A stretch of 64,000 nucleotides of DNA from an uncultured Muribaculaceae bacterium (GCA_964556285.1 CAZKVW010000004.1:248-64247); one strand, 5' to 3'. Counted from the stretch's first letter, positions 29,259-40,584 are shown. Notes: generated by a model from the sequence alone, not told the origin. Numbers and translations: made by a program.

Positions 29259-30233
29259 ATGGAAAAGGAAAGATTCAATATCCTCGCCCGGGCGTATCTG
29301 TCCGGCCGGGCCTCCACCAGCCAAGTGGAGGAGCTGCTCTCTGCGGTGGAGTCAGATGTCGGCGCCCTGTCCGCGTTGAAGCGGATGGAGGCGGCCATGG
29401 GCCGTCCCGGGGAGGAGGAATGGAGAGTGCAGGAGTCCCTTAGTGAGGTGAAGCGGCGCATCCGTCGTGCCGTCCCGGCCCGCAGCAAGGGGGTTGGGCG
29501 CGGCATTTTCGTGTGGGTGTGCGCTGCTGCTGTAGCGGCTCTCGTGGCCATCGGCATTTGGTATTTGCGCACTCCTGACGACCAGCAATGGCACGAGGTC
29601 ACTTGCCAGTCAGGCAGCCACGCCAATGTCACGCTCCCGGACGGGAGCGCTGTGAGCTTGCGGGGGGACAGCTGGATCCGCTACAGTTCCAGATTCTCGC
29701 AGAAGCGGCGCAGTGTGGAGTTCTCGGGGGAGGCGTATTTCAACATCTCGTCTGATGCCGCCCACCCGTTCTCGATCAATATGGATGGGTGCTCGATTGT
29801 CGTGAAGGGTACACGCTTCGATGTGCGGGAGAATGCCGCTACTGGCGATGTCAGGACAACCCTGCTCTCCGGCGCGGTGGAGTTCAGGACGGATGCCAGT
29901 GAAGTTTATGCGCTGGAGCCTGGGCATTCCCTCAGGTACAACCGCTTCGACGGCGCGGGAGTCGTCGCCCAGATCAACGCCCCAGCATATCAGGCCCTCA
30001 TGGACGGCAATCTGGAGTACCTCAATGTCCCACTTCGGCGTCTCACGGCATTCCTCTCCGAGCTCTACGGCAAGACCATATATCTGGATGAGGGGCTGGA
30101 TGGCCTTGACCGGACTATCTCGCTCAAGCTGCACAATCAGGAGACCTTTGATGATGTCCTTGCAGCCCTGGCCTTGATAGTGCCGATGTCCATCCGCTCT
30201 GAGGGCGATGTAGTATGGCTCTCCCCTGAATGA
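29259..30233 (+). CDS. FecR-family anti-sigma factor
   Basis: Single TM; VTLPDGSAVSL, GEAYFNI...PF, VKGTRFDV and TTLLSGAV FecR motifs. Confidence 0.9.
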   Translation: MEKERFNILARAYLSGRASTSQVEELLSAVESDVGALSALKRMEAAMGRPGEEEWRVQESLSEVKRRIRRAVPARSKGVGRGIFVWVCAAAVAALVAIGIWYLRTPDDQQWHEVTCQSGSHANVTLPDGSAVSLRGDSWIRYSSRFSQKRRSVEFSGEAYFNISSDAAHPFSINMDGCSIVVKGTRFDVRENAATGDVRTTLLSGAVEFRTDASEVYALEPGHSLRYNRFDGAGVVAQINAPAYQALMDGNLEYLNVPLRRLTAFLSELYGKTIYLDEGLDGLDRTISLKLHNQETFDDVLAALALIVPMSIRSEGDVVWLSPE

Positions 30234-30296
30234 GAGCCTCCGGCATCCGGGCCCGGCAAGAGATTATGACCAAGATTAATTAGTAACACTGCAATA

Positions 30297-33200
30297 TTGA
30301 TGACACGATTTCACCTGATAAGGACACTGGCGGCTGCCGCGCTGCTGTCATTGGCGTGCGTGCGCCTCGCAGCCCAGAGCCAGCTTGTCACAGTTGAGTT
30401 CCGTGACACTCCTCTATCGGAGGCGCTGCAACAGATTGAGAGCAAGTCGGGGCTCTCGCTTATCTATGACTCCGGCTCGTTTGACCCGTCCCGCAAGGTC
30501 ACCGCAAGCTTTGTTGACGTGCCCGTGCCCGAGGCTCTCAAACGCTTGTTCGGTGACGGCTATGAGGTTGCGTTACGGGGCAGCATGGCGGTCATCTGGC
30601 GCAAGGGGCAGCCAGAGCCCGCACCGGCCGCGCAGCCAGTGCCGAAGACCTCGCCCCAGCCGTCCGACGGGAGATTTACCGTGACCGGGACGGTGTATGA
30701 CGAGAACGGGGAAACGCTCATCGGAGCCTCAATTATAGACTCCAGCACTTCTGATGGCGCGATTACCGACCTGGACGGCCGTTTTTCGCTGTCCGGGGTG
30801 TCGGAGGGGGATGTGCTCAGCTGCGAGTTCATAGGATACAGCATCCGGCGTTCCGTGGCATCGGCTAGTTCCCCGGTCATCAATTTCCAGTTGTTCCCGA
30901 CAGCTAATGTGCTGGATGAGGTGGTCGTCGTCGGTTACGGCGTGCAGCGCAAGGAAAGCGTCGTCGGGGCGATCACGGCCGTCAAAGGGGATGCCCTCGT
31001 CGAGAGCGGCTCGTCCAACATCACCAGCGCGATAGCGGGCAAGCTCTCCGGCGTGATGACCATACAGACCAGCGGCCAGCCGGGGCAGAATGACGCCGAG
31101 ATCCTCGTCAGGGGAGTGTCCAGCTTCAACAATTCCAGCCCTCTCGTGCTCGTGGACGGGGTAGAGAGGGATTTCGCGTCAATAGACCCCAATGAGGTTG
31201 CGGACATCTCCGTCCTCAAGGATGCCTCGGCGACGGCCGTGTTCGGCGCCAAGGGGGCGAACGGAGTGATAATAGTCTCCACCAAGAGCGGGCAGGAGGG
31301 CCGTCCCAAGATGGACCTGTCATTCTCCACGGGACTGTCTGATCCCATCAACATGGCCAGGCATGTGGACGCGTACACCACCATGAACACATTGAATGTC
31401 GCTATGATGAATGACCAGAACTTCACCGCCCTGGTCTCCGATGAGGAGCTGCAGGAGTACCGGCACCCGTCTTCGAGGCTCAATTCGCTCCGCTATCCGG
31501 ATGTGGACTGGCTGGGGGAGCTGACCCGGGACTTCGCCCGCACTTACAACGCCAATTTCAACATTTCCGGAGGCACCAAGTTCGTCAAGTATTTCGCTTC
31601 GGTGGGGTACACCCACGAGGGATCCATATTCAAGAGCTTCAGCGACGGCAAGGTCAACTCCTCGTACTCGTATGACAGGGTCAATTTCCGCACTAATTTC
31701 GACTTCAATGTCACGCGCAGCACCCAGGTGTCGTTCAAGCTCGGGGGCAATGTCGGCATCAAGAACAAGCCTGTCTCCACAGACGGGGACGAGGGCATGT
31801 GGAAATACATCTTCGGCAGCTCCTCCACAAAGTACCCCATGTACTATCCGGCCTGGGTGCTGGAGGAAGTCCCCGATACGGATTATCCGGACGCGCACTC
31901 GTCCAGGCTCGAGAGCGAGGCTGACCAGACGACAGGCAACCCTTACTACCAGCTGATGAAAGGCAGCTTCATCCAGCTGACAGACACCAAGATATTCTCC
32001 GACATCATAGCCAAGCAGGGGCTGGGCTTCATCACTGACGGCCTGTCATTGCAGGGCAAGGTGTCGCTCAGCACATACTACAAGTACAGCACCCTGACCA
32101 CCTCCTACAACCGCCCGAGCTGGGTCCTCAATTTTGACAAGATCGGATCCGGCGAGAACCCTTGGAGCCGCACCAACACGGACGGGTTCTATTATGTGGA
32201 GCTGCCCATGTACACCTCGGCGGACAACACTTTGCAGGGCGGCTACTACCTGGACTTGTATTATGACCTGTCGCTCAATTATGACAGGACATTCGGCAAT
32301 CACACTGTGACGGGTCTCTTCCTCTTCAACAGGCAGGAGCAGGACAAGGGGTCTGACTTCCCTTATTACAATGAGGCCCTCGTCGGGCGTGCCACCTGGG
32401 ACTATGCCCATAAGTATCTGGCCGAAGTCAACATAGGCTACACCGGCTCGGAGAGGTTCTCGCCCAAGAACAGGTTTGGGCTTTTCCCGGCGGGGGCTCT
32501 CGGATGGGTCGTATCGGAGGAGAAGTTTTTCGCGCCGCTCAAGCCTTGGTTCAGCAAGCTTAAGCTGCGTTTCTCTGAGGGGCTGGTCGGCAGCGACTAC
32601 GCCAACAACCGCTGGCTCTACGTCAGTGAATATTCCAAGGACTCTAACGGCTACATCAAGGAGGACAGCTCCGCCAACCTGTATGTCCAGTGGGAGGAGG
32701 CTCTCAAGCGTGACTTGGGCATTGAGATGGGATTTTTTGGCAACGAGCTCACCGTCAATGTGGATCTCTTTGACGAGCACCGTGACAAGATGCTCATGTC
32801 CGTCTCCAACAACACTCCGATATGGGTGGGCAACAGTTCCAAGGAACTCAACAAGGGCAAGGTCAAGAAGCATGGCCTCGAGGTGGAGGCTGACTGGACG
32901 CGTCGCATCGGCACGGACATGCGCCTGAGGCTCGGAGGCAACTTCTCGTTCAACGAGAACCGCATCCTGGCCTACGATGACGCGCCGTATTCCCTTGAGC
33001 ACCAGAAGAAAGTCGGCACACCGCTCGGCTCCCAGACCAGCGGGGCGTACCTGATTGACGGGGAGTACCTGACCTCCGTTGATGACATCCACTCCAATTT
33101 CCTGCCTGTCAGCGTGAGCAATGTGGTTGTAGGGGACTACAAGTTTCTGGACTACACCTCGGACGGCATCATAGACAAGGATGACCTCACGAGGATGAAA

Positions 33201-33740
33201 GGCTCCCTGTACCCGCCGGTCTCTTATGCCCTTAAAGCCGGATTCTCGTGGAAAGGCCTGGATGTCAATGTCCTCTTCCAAGGCTATGCCGGCAAGTATG
33301 TGGTGTTTGACCAGATGTACGAATGGGAGTTCTACAAGGGCAACTGGCGATTGCACACATCTTCGGCGGACTATTGGTCTCCTGCCAACACGGACGGGAC
33401 TCACGCCACGGTGCACTACTCGGCCTCGTCATTCGCCAATATGGCATGGTCGGGATACGGCGAGTCCTCCACCACCGGAGGATATTCCGGCAAGCTGCTC
33501 GGGCATTCCTGGAGGAACGCTGACTTCCTGCGTCTCAAGGAGCTGAACATCAGCTACAACTGGAAGACCCCCGGCATGCGCAAGATGATGGGGGTGGATG
33601 CTGTGAGGCTCTATCTGACGGGCAACAACCTGCTGACATTCACGGGGCTGTTGGAGGGCGACCCGGAGCAGAAATATCTCGTGTGGGGCGAATACCCCCA
33701 GATGAGGACAGTCAAGCTTGGCTGCCAGCTGACATTCTGA
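30297..33740 (+). CDS. SusC/RagA TonB-dependent transporter with N-terminal signalling (STN-like) domain
   Basis: N-terminal VEFRDTPLSEALQQIE extension, LDEVVVVGYGVQRK, SVLKDASATAVFGAKGANGVI plug motif, terminal aromatic F. Confidence 0.95.
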   Translation: MMTRFHLIRTLAAAALLSLACVRLAAQSQLVTVEFRDTPLSEALQQIESKSGLSLIYDSGSFDPSRKVTASFVDVPVPEALKRLFGDGYEVALRGSMAVIWRKGQPEPAPAAQPVPKTSPQPSDGRFTVTGTVYDENGETLIGASIIDSSTSDGAITDLDGRFSLSGVSEGDVLSCEFIGYSIRRSVASASSPVINFQLFPTANVLDEVVVVGYGVQRKESVVGAITAVKGDALVESGSSNITSAIAGKLSGVMTIQTSGQPGQNDAEILVRGVSSFNNSSPLVLVDGVERDFASIDPNEVADISVLKDASATAVFGAKGANGVIIVSTKSGQEGRPKMDLSFSTGLSDPINMARHVDAYTTMNTLNVAMMNDQNFTALVSDEELQEYRHPSSRLNSLRYPDVDWLGELTRDFARTYNANFNISGGTKFVKYFASVGYTHEGSIFKSFSDGKVNSSYSYDRVNFRTNFDFNVTRSTQVSFKLGGNVGIKNKPVSTDGDEGMWKYIFGSSSTKYPMYYPAWVLEEVPDTDYPDAHSSRLESEADQTTGNPYYQLMKGSFIQLTDTKIFSDIIAKQGLGFITDGLSLQGKVSLSTYYKYSTLTTSYNRPSWVLNFDKIGSGENPWSRTNTDGFYYVELPMYTSADNTLQGGYYLDLYYDLSLNYDRTFGNHTVTGLFLFNRQEQDKGSDFPYYNEALVGRATWDYAHKYLAEVNIGYTGSERFSPKNRFGLFPAGALGWVVSEEKFFAPLKPWFSKLKLRFSEGLVGSDYANNRWLYVSEYSKDSNGYIKEDSSANLYVQWEEALKRDLGIEMGFFGNELTVNVDLFDEHRDKMLMSVSNNTPIWVGNSSKELNKGKVKKHGLEVEADWTRRIGTDMRLRLGGNFSFNENRILAYDDAPYSLEHQKKVGTPLGSQTSGAYLIDGEYLTSVDDIHSNFLPVSVSNVVVGDYKFLDYTSDGIIDKDDLTRMKGSLYPPVSYALKAGFSWKGLDVNVLFQGYAGKYVVFDQMYEWEFYKGNWRLHTSSADYWSPANTDGTHATVHYSASSFANMAWSGYGESSTTGGYSGKLLGHSWRNADFLRLKELNISYNWKTPGMRKMMGVDAVRLYLTGNNLLTFTGLLEGDPEQKYLVWGEYPQMRTVKLGCQLTF

Positions 33741-33757
33741 CGATGGAGGAAAAATTC

Positions 33758-35608
33758 ATGAAGAAGACCGCATTATATTTAGCGCTTGCGCTGGCCCTCG
33801 GCTCCGTGTGCCTTACGGGATGCCTCAATGATTATCTGGACAAGGCTCCGGACGCGGGGCTGTCGGAGGATGAGGTGTTCACCAAGTACGCCAATTTCAA
33901 GAGCTATTTCTTCTCGGTGTATGGCGGGGCCAGCTTTAACATCCGCTGCCATTATCCGCTGCACTGGTGCATGAACAGCCAGAAATGCACTCTGGAGGAG
34001 CTGACTGACATGTGCGACAAGAGCCGCATCCAGCGCATCCAGTCCATCAAGCAGGGCACCGGCTCGGACGCGATATGGCTCATCGGCTATATGGAGGGCG
34101 ACTCCAACTATCCCAACAACGCCAAAGTGCCCAACACCTGGAAGTCCATCCGCGTGTGCAACAACGCCATCGAAAAGGCGTCCATGATACGGGACTGCAC
34201 CGAGGAGGAGCGCAATGACCTGATTGGGCAGGCGTATTTCGTCAGGGCGTTCTGCCATTTTGAGCTGTTCAGGCTCTACGGGTCGCTGCCCTATGTGGAC
34301 AAGGTGCTGGGGGCCGAGGACGAGTGGGACTTGACCCCGCTGGACGACTATGAGTTCCTCAAACGCTGCGCCGAGGACTATTATACGGCTTACGAGTATT
34401 TCAACGAGGCAGGGCTGGTGCGCAGGGACCCCTCTTCCGGGGCTGGCAACCTGTCTGACGCCAATCAGGACAAGCCCAACGGTGTGGCGGCCCTGGCGAT
34501 GAGGGGGCGTGTGCTCCTGTACGCCGCCAGCCCGCTCAACAACCCCTCCGGCGATGTCTCCCGCTGGGAGGATGCCGCAGAGGCCAACGCCCTGGCCCTT
34601 AATGTGGCTCTGGGCAAGGGCTATGTGCTGCTCTCCCAGGGCAACTACGCCCGCAACTTCTACGGCAATCGTTACACCAACGAGCAGATATGGGCGTATT
34701 CGACGAGCAGCACGACCAATTACAATGCCGCCACGGTACAGTCTTTTGTTGGCTATCCTTTCTCCAACAATGCGTTCAGCGCCTCCCAGTGCCCCACGCA
34801 GAATTTCGTGGACAAGTTTGAGACTCTGGACGGCTATGCCCTCAACACGGAGGAGCAACGCGCCGTGGCAGAGGCGGCAGGCTCCTACAACGAGCAGAAC
34901 CCCTATATCAACCGTGACCCCCGATTTGAGAATGCGGTCATTTACAACCAGTGCACTTTCCAGGGATACACTCCGGCTTCGCTGTACCTCAACGAGGACG
35001 GGTCCAAGCCTTCGGGATCTCTGCTGACCCTGCCCAACGGGGCTTCGGACGGGGTGACGGAGACATTCTATTACGAGCGCAAACGCACCGGGGCGCTGTC
35101 CAACAAGGGCAACCAGAATGTCGTCCTGACCGACCCCATCATCCGTCTCGCCGAGGTGTATCTCAACTACGCCGAGGCCGCGAATGAGGCATGGGGACCC
35201 GACGGCAAGGCCCCCTCTGCGACCTTGACCTCGCTGGAGGCGGTAAATGTGATCAGGGCCAGGGTGGGAATGCCTGCGGTGCGTGACGAGTACACCGTGT
35301 CCAAGGACACTTTCCGCGACCGCATCAAGAATGAGCGCACTGTGGAGCTGTGCTTTGAGGGCAACCATTACTGGTGCGACATCCGTCGCTGGAAAGACGC
35401 GCCCGAGATAGGCCGCTCTACGCTCTACGGCATGCGGGCCACCAAGACTGCGGTGTCGGAGCAGTATCCGACGGGATTCCGCTATGAGCGTTTCGCGCTG
35501 CCTGCCAGCCGCCAGATAGGCTGGAAGAATGACGGGATGTACTGGTTCCGCTTCCAGAACAGCGACCTGCTCAAAATGAAGAACTACACTCCAAAGATGG
35601 ACTGGTAA
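33758..35608 (+). CDS. SusD/RagB lipoprotein
   Basis: Lipobox LTG-C-LNDYLDK; GQAYFVRAFCHFEL, DPRF, RLAEVYLNYAEA, NERTVELCFEG..WCDIRRW. Confidence 0.93.
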   Translation: MKKTALYLALALALGSVCLTGCLNDYLDKAPDAGLSEDEVFTKYANFKSYFFSVYGGASFNIRCHYPLHWCMNSQKCTLEELTDMCDKSRIQRIQSIKQGTGSDAIWLIGYMEGDSNYPNNAKVPNTWKSIRVCNNAIEKASMIRDCTEEERNDLIGQAYFVRAFCHFELFRLYGSLPYVDKVLGAEDEWDLTPLDDYEFLKRCAEDYYTAYEYFNEAGLVRRDPSSGAGNLSDANQDKPNGVAALAMRGRVLLYAASPLNNPSGDVSRWEDAAEANALALNVALGKGYVLLSQGNYARNFYGNRYTNEQIWAYSTSSTTNYNAATVQSFVGYPFSNNAFSASQCPTQNFVDKFETLDGYALNTEEQRAVAEAAGSYNEQNPYINRDPRFENAVIYNQCTFQGYTPASLYLNEDGSKPSGSLLTLPNGASDGVTETFYYERKRTGALSNKGNQNVVLTDPIIRLAEVYLNYAEAANEAWGPDGKAPSATLTSLEAVNVIRARVGMPAVRDEYTVSKDTFRDRIKNERTVELCFEGNHYWCDIRRWKDAPEIGRSTLYGMRATKTAVSEQYPTGFRYERFALPASRQIGWKNDGMYWFRFQNSDLLKMKNYTPKMDW

Positions 35609-35623
35609 CGGCATGATGAGGAT

Positions 35624-38600
35624 ATGATGACAAAGGCTATTAATACACTTGTATGCGCGGCGTTCACATCCCTTTGCATGTTGGCGTTCGCGCTGCCTGC
35701 GGCGGCGCAGGGACAGGCTGCGGGGGAGCGGTCCGCCATACGCTTTGCCGTGGTTGACAGCGACGGATCCCCTCTGCCCGGGGCGCAGGTGACGGTCGGA
35801 GAGGGGCTGGCCCACTATGAGAGCTATGAGGACGGCTCCGTCAGCGTGACCTGCTCTCCGAGGGAATATGTGAGCGTCTCCAAGGACGGGTACAAGAGCG
35901 TGCGTCTGCGCGCTGATGTACTCGCCGACACCGGGACTGCGGTGCTCGTTGCGGAGATGATGTTTGCAGGGGAGGGTGATGACGTGCAGCTGCCGTTCAA
36001 GACTGAGAAGAGGCGCTGGTCTCTCGGCTCTACGGTGACCGTTAGCGGGGATGAGCTTGCGAGATATTCCTCCGTGGACATCAGGAACGCGCTGACCGGG
36101 GTCATTCCCGGAGTCGAGGTGCGCGAGAACTACGGCCAGGTGGGCGTCAGCCCGCTGGAGCACACCGGACAGTACGGCGCGACCGCAGCCATGTCGGTCA
36201 CTTCGCGCGGGCGTTCCCTCATGTATATGGTGGATGACGTGCCTGTGCAGATCAACGAAATGCCGCTCGCCCCCGAGCAGATAGAGTCCGTAACCGTCAT
36301 CCGGGACGGGCTGGAGAAGACCCTGTACGGGCCGACTGCGGCGGACGGCATCATCTCCATCAAGACCAAGAAAGGCTCTTACAATGACCGCTATCTCAAC
36401 GTGTCCGTGGAGAGCGGGGTCAACACTGTGGACAGGATGCCCAAGTACGCCAATGCGGCACAATATGCGCAGCTCAACAACATAGCCCGCAACAACAGCG
36501 GCCTCTCCATGCTCTACAGCCGCAGCGACGTGGCCGCCTATGCGCTTGGCGACCCGGACAGCAAGACCCATCCGGCAGTGGATTTCAGGTCGATGCTGCT
36601 CAAAAACACCATGATGTACGACCGCGAGAGCGTGTCCTCAGGCGGCGGCAATGATGTGGTCAAGTACTACGCCCACCTCGGGCATACGGGGCAGGATGAC
36701 ATCTATGACATGGGGCCCGCGTCGGGATACAACCATGTCAACCTGAACGGCAACCTCGACATCAGGCTCAACCGCTTTATCGGGGCGCAGTTCGGCATTC
36801 TCTCCTCCATTGGCGTGCGCAAGTCCAACAACTACGGCTACGGCACTCTCAACGCCACGGAGCTGCCCTCCATTCTGGATGACATCAACACCATCCCGCC
36901 GCTCTCGTTCCCCATCTATGCGGACAATTCCGATGACCTCGAGACCCCGTGGTATGCTGTCACTTCGCAGTACACGCAGAATCCGGTAGCCAACATCCTT
37001 GAGAACGGCTCCTATACCGAGACCATACGGGGTGCGATGTTCAACATCAAGCTGGACGTGGACTTGCCGTTCGTGCTCAAGGGGCTCAAATCCACGACAT
37101 ACGCCTCTTACGCGTCCACCAACCTCGTGCGACTTGGCACGAGCGAGGACTATGCGGCGTACATTCTCACGGAGGGCTATGACGCTGACGGCAATGCGGT
37201 CGTGACCCCGGTGCAGAGCGCGAGCCACACGGTACGTCAGTCAAGCTCCAAGTCAAGGCTGCTGGACTACTACTCCAACCGCTTCTATCTGGTCGAAAAG
37301 TTGGACTGGTCCAAGACGGTGGGGGAGCATGATTTCAGCATCGGCGCGGACTACATGATCACCAAACGCAGCCAGAAGTTCATCTCCGAGCACCGCAGAG
37401 AAATCAATTTCGGCTTGGACGCGTCCTACGCCTACGCCGGCAAGTATCTCGCGAGCCTGGCTCTCAATGAGCACGGCACCTACTCCCTGCTGGACTCCTG
37501 GTCATTCTCGCCCGCCGTGGGGCTGGGATGGATAGTGTCCAATGAGGACTTTATGAGCGGCTCGGCAGCGATAGACTTCCTCAAGCTCAGGGTGCAGGGC
37601 AGCCTGCTGCGCTACGACTCCCTGACCAGCGCCAACCGTGACACGGACAACTATTCCTGGAACAGCAACGGGCAGCGTTTCGGCCCGTACACCACTGGCC
37701 AGTGGTTCGGCAGCACCACAGGCTCCAGTGTCAACCGCACTTACGCCTCCATGCTCGGCAACCCCGACCTGCATCTGGAGACCCGCAAGGAGATTTCCGG
37801 CGGGGTTGACCTGAGGGCGTTCGGAGGGCGGCTGGATGTCTCCGTGACCGGGTACAACTTTGTGCGTGACGGCATCATCACCCAGATGTCCAATGTCGTG
37901 CCGCTGCTTGCCGGCACATCCACCGGCTCCCTGTACATGAACTGGGACAAGTACTCATACTCCGGCCTGGAAATCAGCGCGGGCTGGAAAGACAAGCTTG
38001 GGCCTGTGGACTGGAGCGTGAGCGGCTGGGTCAGTGCGCAGCGTTCCAAGATCCTCAAGATTGACGAGCTGGACTATGCGGAGGATTACCGCTCGCGCGT
38101 GGGCAAGTCGGTGTCCGCCATCTGGGGGCTCAAATACCTTGGGCAATTCAGCTCGGACGAGGAGACCCTTGCCATTCCGCAGCTCTATGATGACAATCTC
38201 AAGGCCGGCGACTTCAAATATCAGGACATGAACGGGGACGGCTATGTGGATGCCTCTGACCAGTGTGTCATCGGCGACAGCATGCCCAAGCTCATCGGGG
38301 CGGTCAACGCCAAGCTGGGGTGGAATGGATTTGACCTGGCTCTGACCGGGACATTCAGGGCGTTCTATGACGCGCAGCTCACCAACAGCTGGTTCTGGAA
38401 CGGATGGGGCGACTCCAATTACTCTTACTATGTGATGAAGAATCTCGGCAAGGCTGACGCCCCGAGGCTCACCTACAACAAGGTCAACAACAACTACCAG
38501 CTCTCGGAGCGGTGGATCCGGGACGGGTCTTTCTTCAAGCTGCAGTGCGTCGAGATTGGATACAGCCTCCCGCTGTCGTCCCTGCGCGCCGGCGGGCTTA

Positions 38601-38746
38601 TCCGTCAGGCGAGGATATGGTGCCGTGCCAACAACCTGCTGACTTTGAGTGGGATAGAGGATGTTGATCCGGAAGCGCTCAGCTCCGGGATTACCAACTA
38701 TCCCCTGATGCGTTCGTTTACTGGCGGGGTCAAGTTGACATTCTAA
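35624..38746 (+). CDS. Second SusC/RagA transporter (no signalling domain)
   Basis: Plug YGPTAADGIISIKTK, barrel motifs LGNPDL, GDFKYQDMNGDG, IEDVDPE, YPLMRSFTGGVKLTF. Confidence 0.9.
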   Translation: MMTKAINTLVCAAFTSLCMLAFALPAAAQGQAAGERSAIRFAVVDSDGSPLPGAQVTVGEGLAHYESYEDGSVSVTCSPREYVSVSKDGYKSVRLRADVLADTGTAVLVAEMMFAGEGDDVQLPFKTEKRRWSLGSTVTVSGDELARYSSVDIRNALTGVIPGVEVRENYGQVGVSPLEHTGQYGATAAMSVTSRGRSLMYMVDDVPVQINEMPLAPEQIESVTVIRDGLEKTLYGPTAADGIISIKTKKGSYNDRYLNVSVESGVNTVDRMPKYANAAQYAQLNNIARNNSGLSMLYSRSDVAAYALGDPDSKTHPAVDFRSMLLKNTMMYDRESVSSGGGNDVVKYYAHLGHTGQDDIYDMGPASGYNHVNLNGNLDIRLNRFIGAQFGILSSIGVRKSNNYGYGTLNATELPSILDDINTIPPLSFPIYADNSDDLETPWYAVTSQYTQNPVANILENGSYTETIRGAMFNIKLDVDLPFVLKGLKSTTYASYASTNLVRLGTSEDYAAYILTEGYDADGNAVVTPVQSASHTVRQSSSKSRLLDYYSNRFYLVEKLDWSKTVGEHDFSIGADYMITKRSQKFISEHRREINFGLDASYAYAGKYLASLALNEHGTYSLLDSWSFSPAVGLGWIVSNEDFMSGSAAIDFLKLRVQGSLLRYDSLTSANRDTDNYSWNSNGQRFGPYTTGQWFGSTTGSSVNRTYASMLGNPDLHLETRKEISGGVDLRAFGGRLDVSVTGYNFVRDGIITQMSNVVPLLAGTSTGSLYMNWDKYSYSGLEISAGWKDKLGPVDWSVSGWVSAQRSKILKIDELDYAEDYRSRVGKSVSAIWGLKYLGQFSSDEETLAIPQLYDDNLKAGDFKYQDMNGDGYVDASDQCVIGDSMPKLIGAVNAKLGWNGFDLALTGTFRAFYDAQLTNSWFWNGWGDSNYSYYVMKNLGKADAPRLTYNKVNNNYQLSERWIRDGSFFKLQCVEIGYSLPLSSLRAGGLIRQARIWCRANNLLTLSGIEDVDPEALSSGITNYPLMRSFTGGVKLTF

Positions 38747-38763
38747 AAAGGATTGCGCAAAAT

Positions 38764-40584
38764 ATGAAGCAGACTATATACAATACGGTTTCATTGGCGG
38801 CCGCCCTGCTCGCGGCGGCCTCGTGCAGCGACTTCCTGGACCCGTACCCCAGCGCCATCAGAGATGAGGAGTATGTGCTGTCCAGCCCGCTGACGATGCA
38901 GGGGCTGATAGGCCAGTGCTACGAGTGGATGCCGTCCAACTACAACACCAACGAGGGGGCGTACATGGACTGCCTGACGGACAATGCCGTGATGACATCC
39001 AGGACTGACGCCATTTCCCGCATGGCCACTGGCGTCAACTCGACGGCAAGCTACCCGTTCCAGACTTTCTGGACCCGGGACTATGAGGGCATATACAACA
39101 CCAATCTCTTCCTCCAGAACGGCAACGGGCGCAATGTGCGTTACATGCTTGACACTCGGCTCGACTCTCTCCTGCGGGATATGCTGTGGGGGGAGGCGTA
39201 TGCTTTGAGGGCATGGTTTGAGTGGGACCTGCTGCAGAAGTTCGGCGGGCGCGGCCTGGACGGGCAGCTGCTCGGGTTCCCGATACTCACTGAGCCTGTC
39301 AAGGTATGGAAGATGAGCGCGGAGGAGATGGGGGATATCGATTTTGTACGCGCACCTTACGATGACTGCGTGGCCCAGATACTTGCCGACTGCGACTCGG
39401 CTTACCGCTACCTGCCCATAGCGCACAGGGACTTCCTCGTTGACAACACCGAAGACCTCACTGTGCTGGGGTCGCGCAACTGGGGACGGATAGACGGCAT
39501 CACTACGGTGGCCATCAAGGCTCTGGTGTACCAGACTTGGGCTAGCCCCCGCTTCAACCCGGACGGTGACGTGACGCGCTGGGAGAATGCCGCCAAGTGC
39601 GCCAAGGAGGTCATGGACTTCAAGGAGAATGTGGACGGCTCGGTGTCTGGGGGCTTTGACCGCCGCAAGGCCATTAACTGGTTTGACCCCAACAGCCCTG
39701 AGATTGTGTTCGGCTCGCGCTACAACTCCTCCTCGGAGACCATGGAGAAGATGTTCTATCCAGGGGGCTTCCAAGGCGACGGCGCCGTGGGCGCGACACA
39801 GGACTTTGTGGACGCGTTCGGGATGGCGGACGGATACCCTGCCGGGCAGTCGCCGGCGTATGCTTACGATGAGCAGGACCCCTATGTCAATCGAGACCCG
39901 CGCCTGTACAGCAACATATTCTACAATGGACGCACCATCACCACAGGGGCTTCTGGCAGGACATACACATTCGAGTGCTGGACAGGGGGCAAGGATGAGG
40001 CCGAAGTCTCCAGTGACAACACCCGCACGGGCTATTACATCAAGAAATTTGTCTATAGCGGCCTCAACTGGTCAGAGAGCAGCGTGAGCCGCATGCCGCA
40101 CAGCAAGTTCTTTATCCGCTGGACTCACATGGCCCTGTGCTTTGCCGAGGCCGCCAATCATATCGCCGGCCCCACAGGGAATGTTGAGGGCTTGAGCGCC
40201 AAGGAGGTGATATCCTGGGTACGCAGCCGCGAGACTTATGACGGCAGCCCCGGCATCACGGATGACCAGTACCTGGAACAAGTCTCGCTAATGGGCGAGA
40301 AGGCCTTTGACGAGTTCCTGCGCAATGAGCGCCGCATCGAGACGGCGTTTGAGGGGACATGGTTCTACGACCTGCGCCGCTGGGGCACGACTCTCGAAGG
40401 CCTCAACGGGACGCTGTACAGGCCGACGATTACCCGCCGCGCCAACGGCACATATGTGTACGACTACTCCACTCCTGTGGAGGACAGGGAGTTCACCTCC
40501 GCTTACCTGCCCATACCGTACAAGGAGATGGTCAATGTCTCCGGCCTGGTACAGAATGAGGGATGGGAGAGCTGGACAAGATAA
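38764..40584 (+). CDS. Second SusD/RagB lipoprotein
   Basis: Lipobox AAS-C-SDFLDP; GEAYALRAWF, RDPRL, TGYYIKK, FAEAAN, RNERRIETAFEG..YDLRRW, QNEGW. Confidence 0.93.
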   Translation: MKQTIYNTVSLAAALLAAASCSDFLDPYPSAIRDEEYVLSSPLTMQGLIGQCYEWMPSNYNTNEGAYMDCLTDNAVMTSRTDAISRMATGVNSTASYPFQTFWTRDYEGIYNTNLFLQNGNGRNVRYMLDTRLDSLLRDMLWGEAYALRAWFEWDLLQKFGGRGLDGQLLGFPILTEPVKVWKMSAEEMGDIDFVRAPYDDCVAQILADCDSAYRYLPIAHRDFLVDNTEDLTVLGSRNWGRIDGITTVAIKALVYQTWASPRFNPDGDVTRWENAAKCAKEVMDFKENVDGSVSGGFDRRKAINWFDPNSPEIVFGSRYNSSSETMEKMFYPGGFQGDGAVGATQDFVDAFGMADGYPAGQSPAYAYDEQDPYVNRDPRLYSNIFYNGRTITTGASGRTYTFECWTGGKDEAEVSSDNTRTGYYIKKFVYSGLNWSESSVSRMPHSKFFIRWTHMALCFAEAANHIAGPTGNVEGLSAKEVISWVRSRETYDGSPGITDDQYLEQVSLMGEKAFDEFLRNERRIETAFEGTWFYDLRRWGTTLEGLNGTLYRPTITRRANGTYVYDYSTPVEDREFTSAYLPIPYKEMVNVSGLVQNEGWESWTR

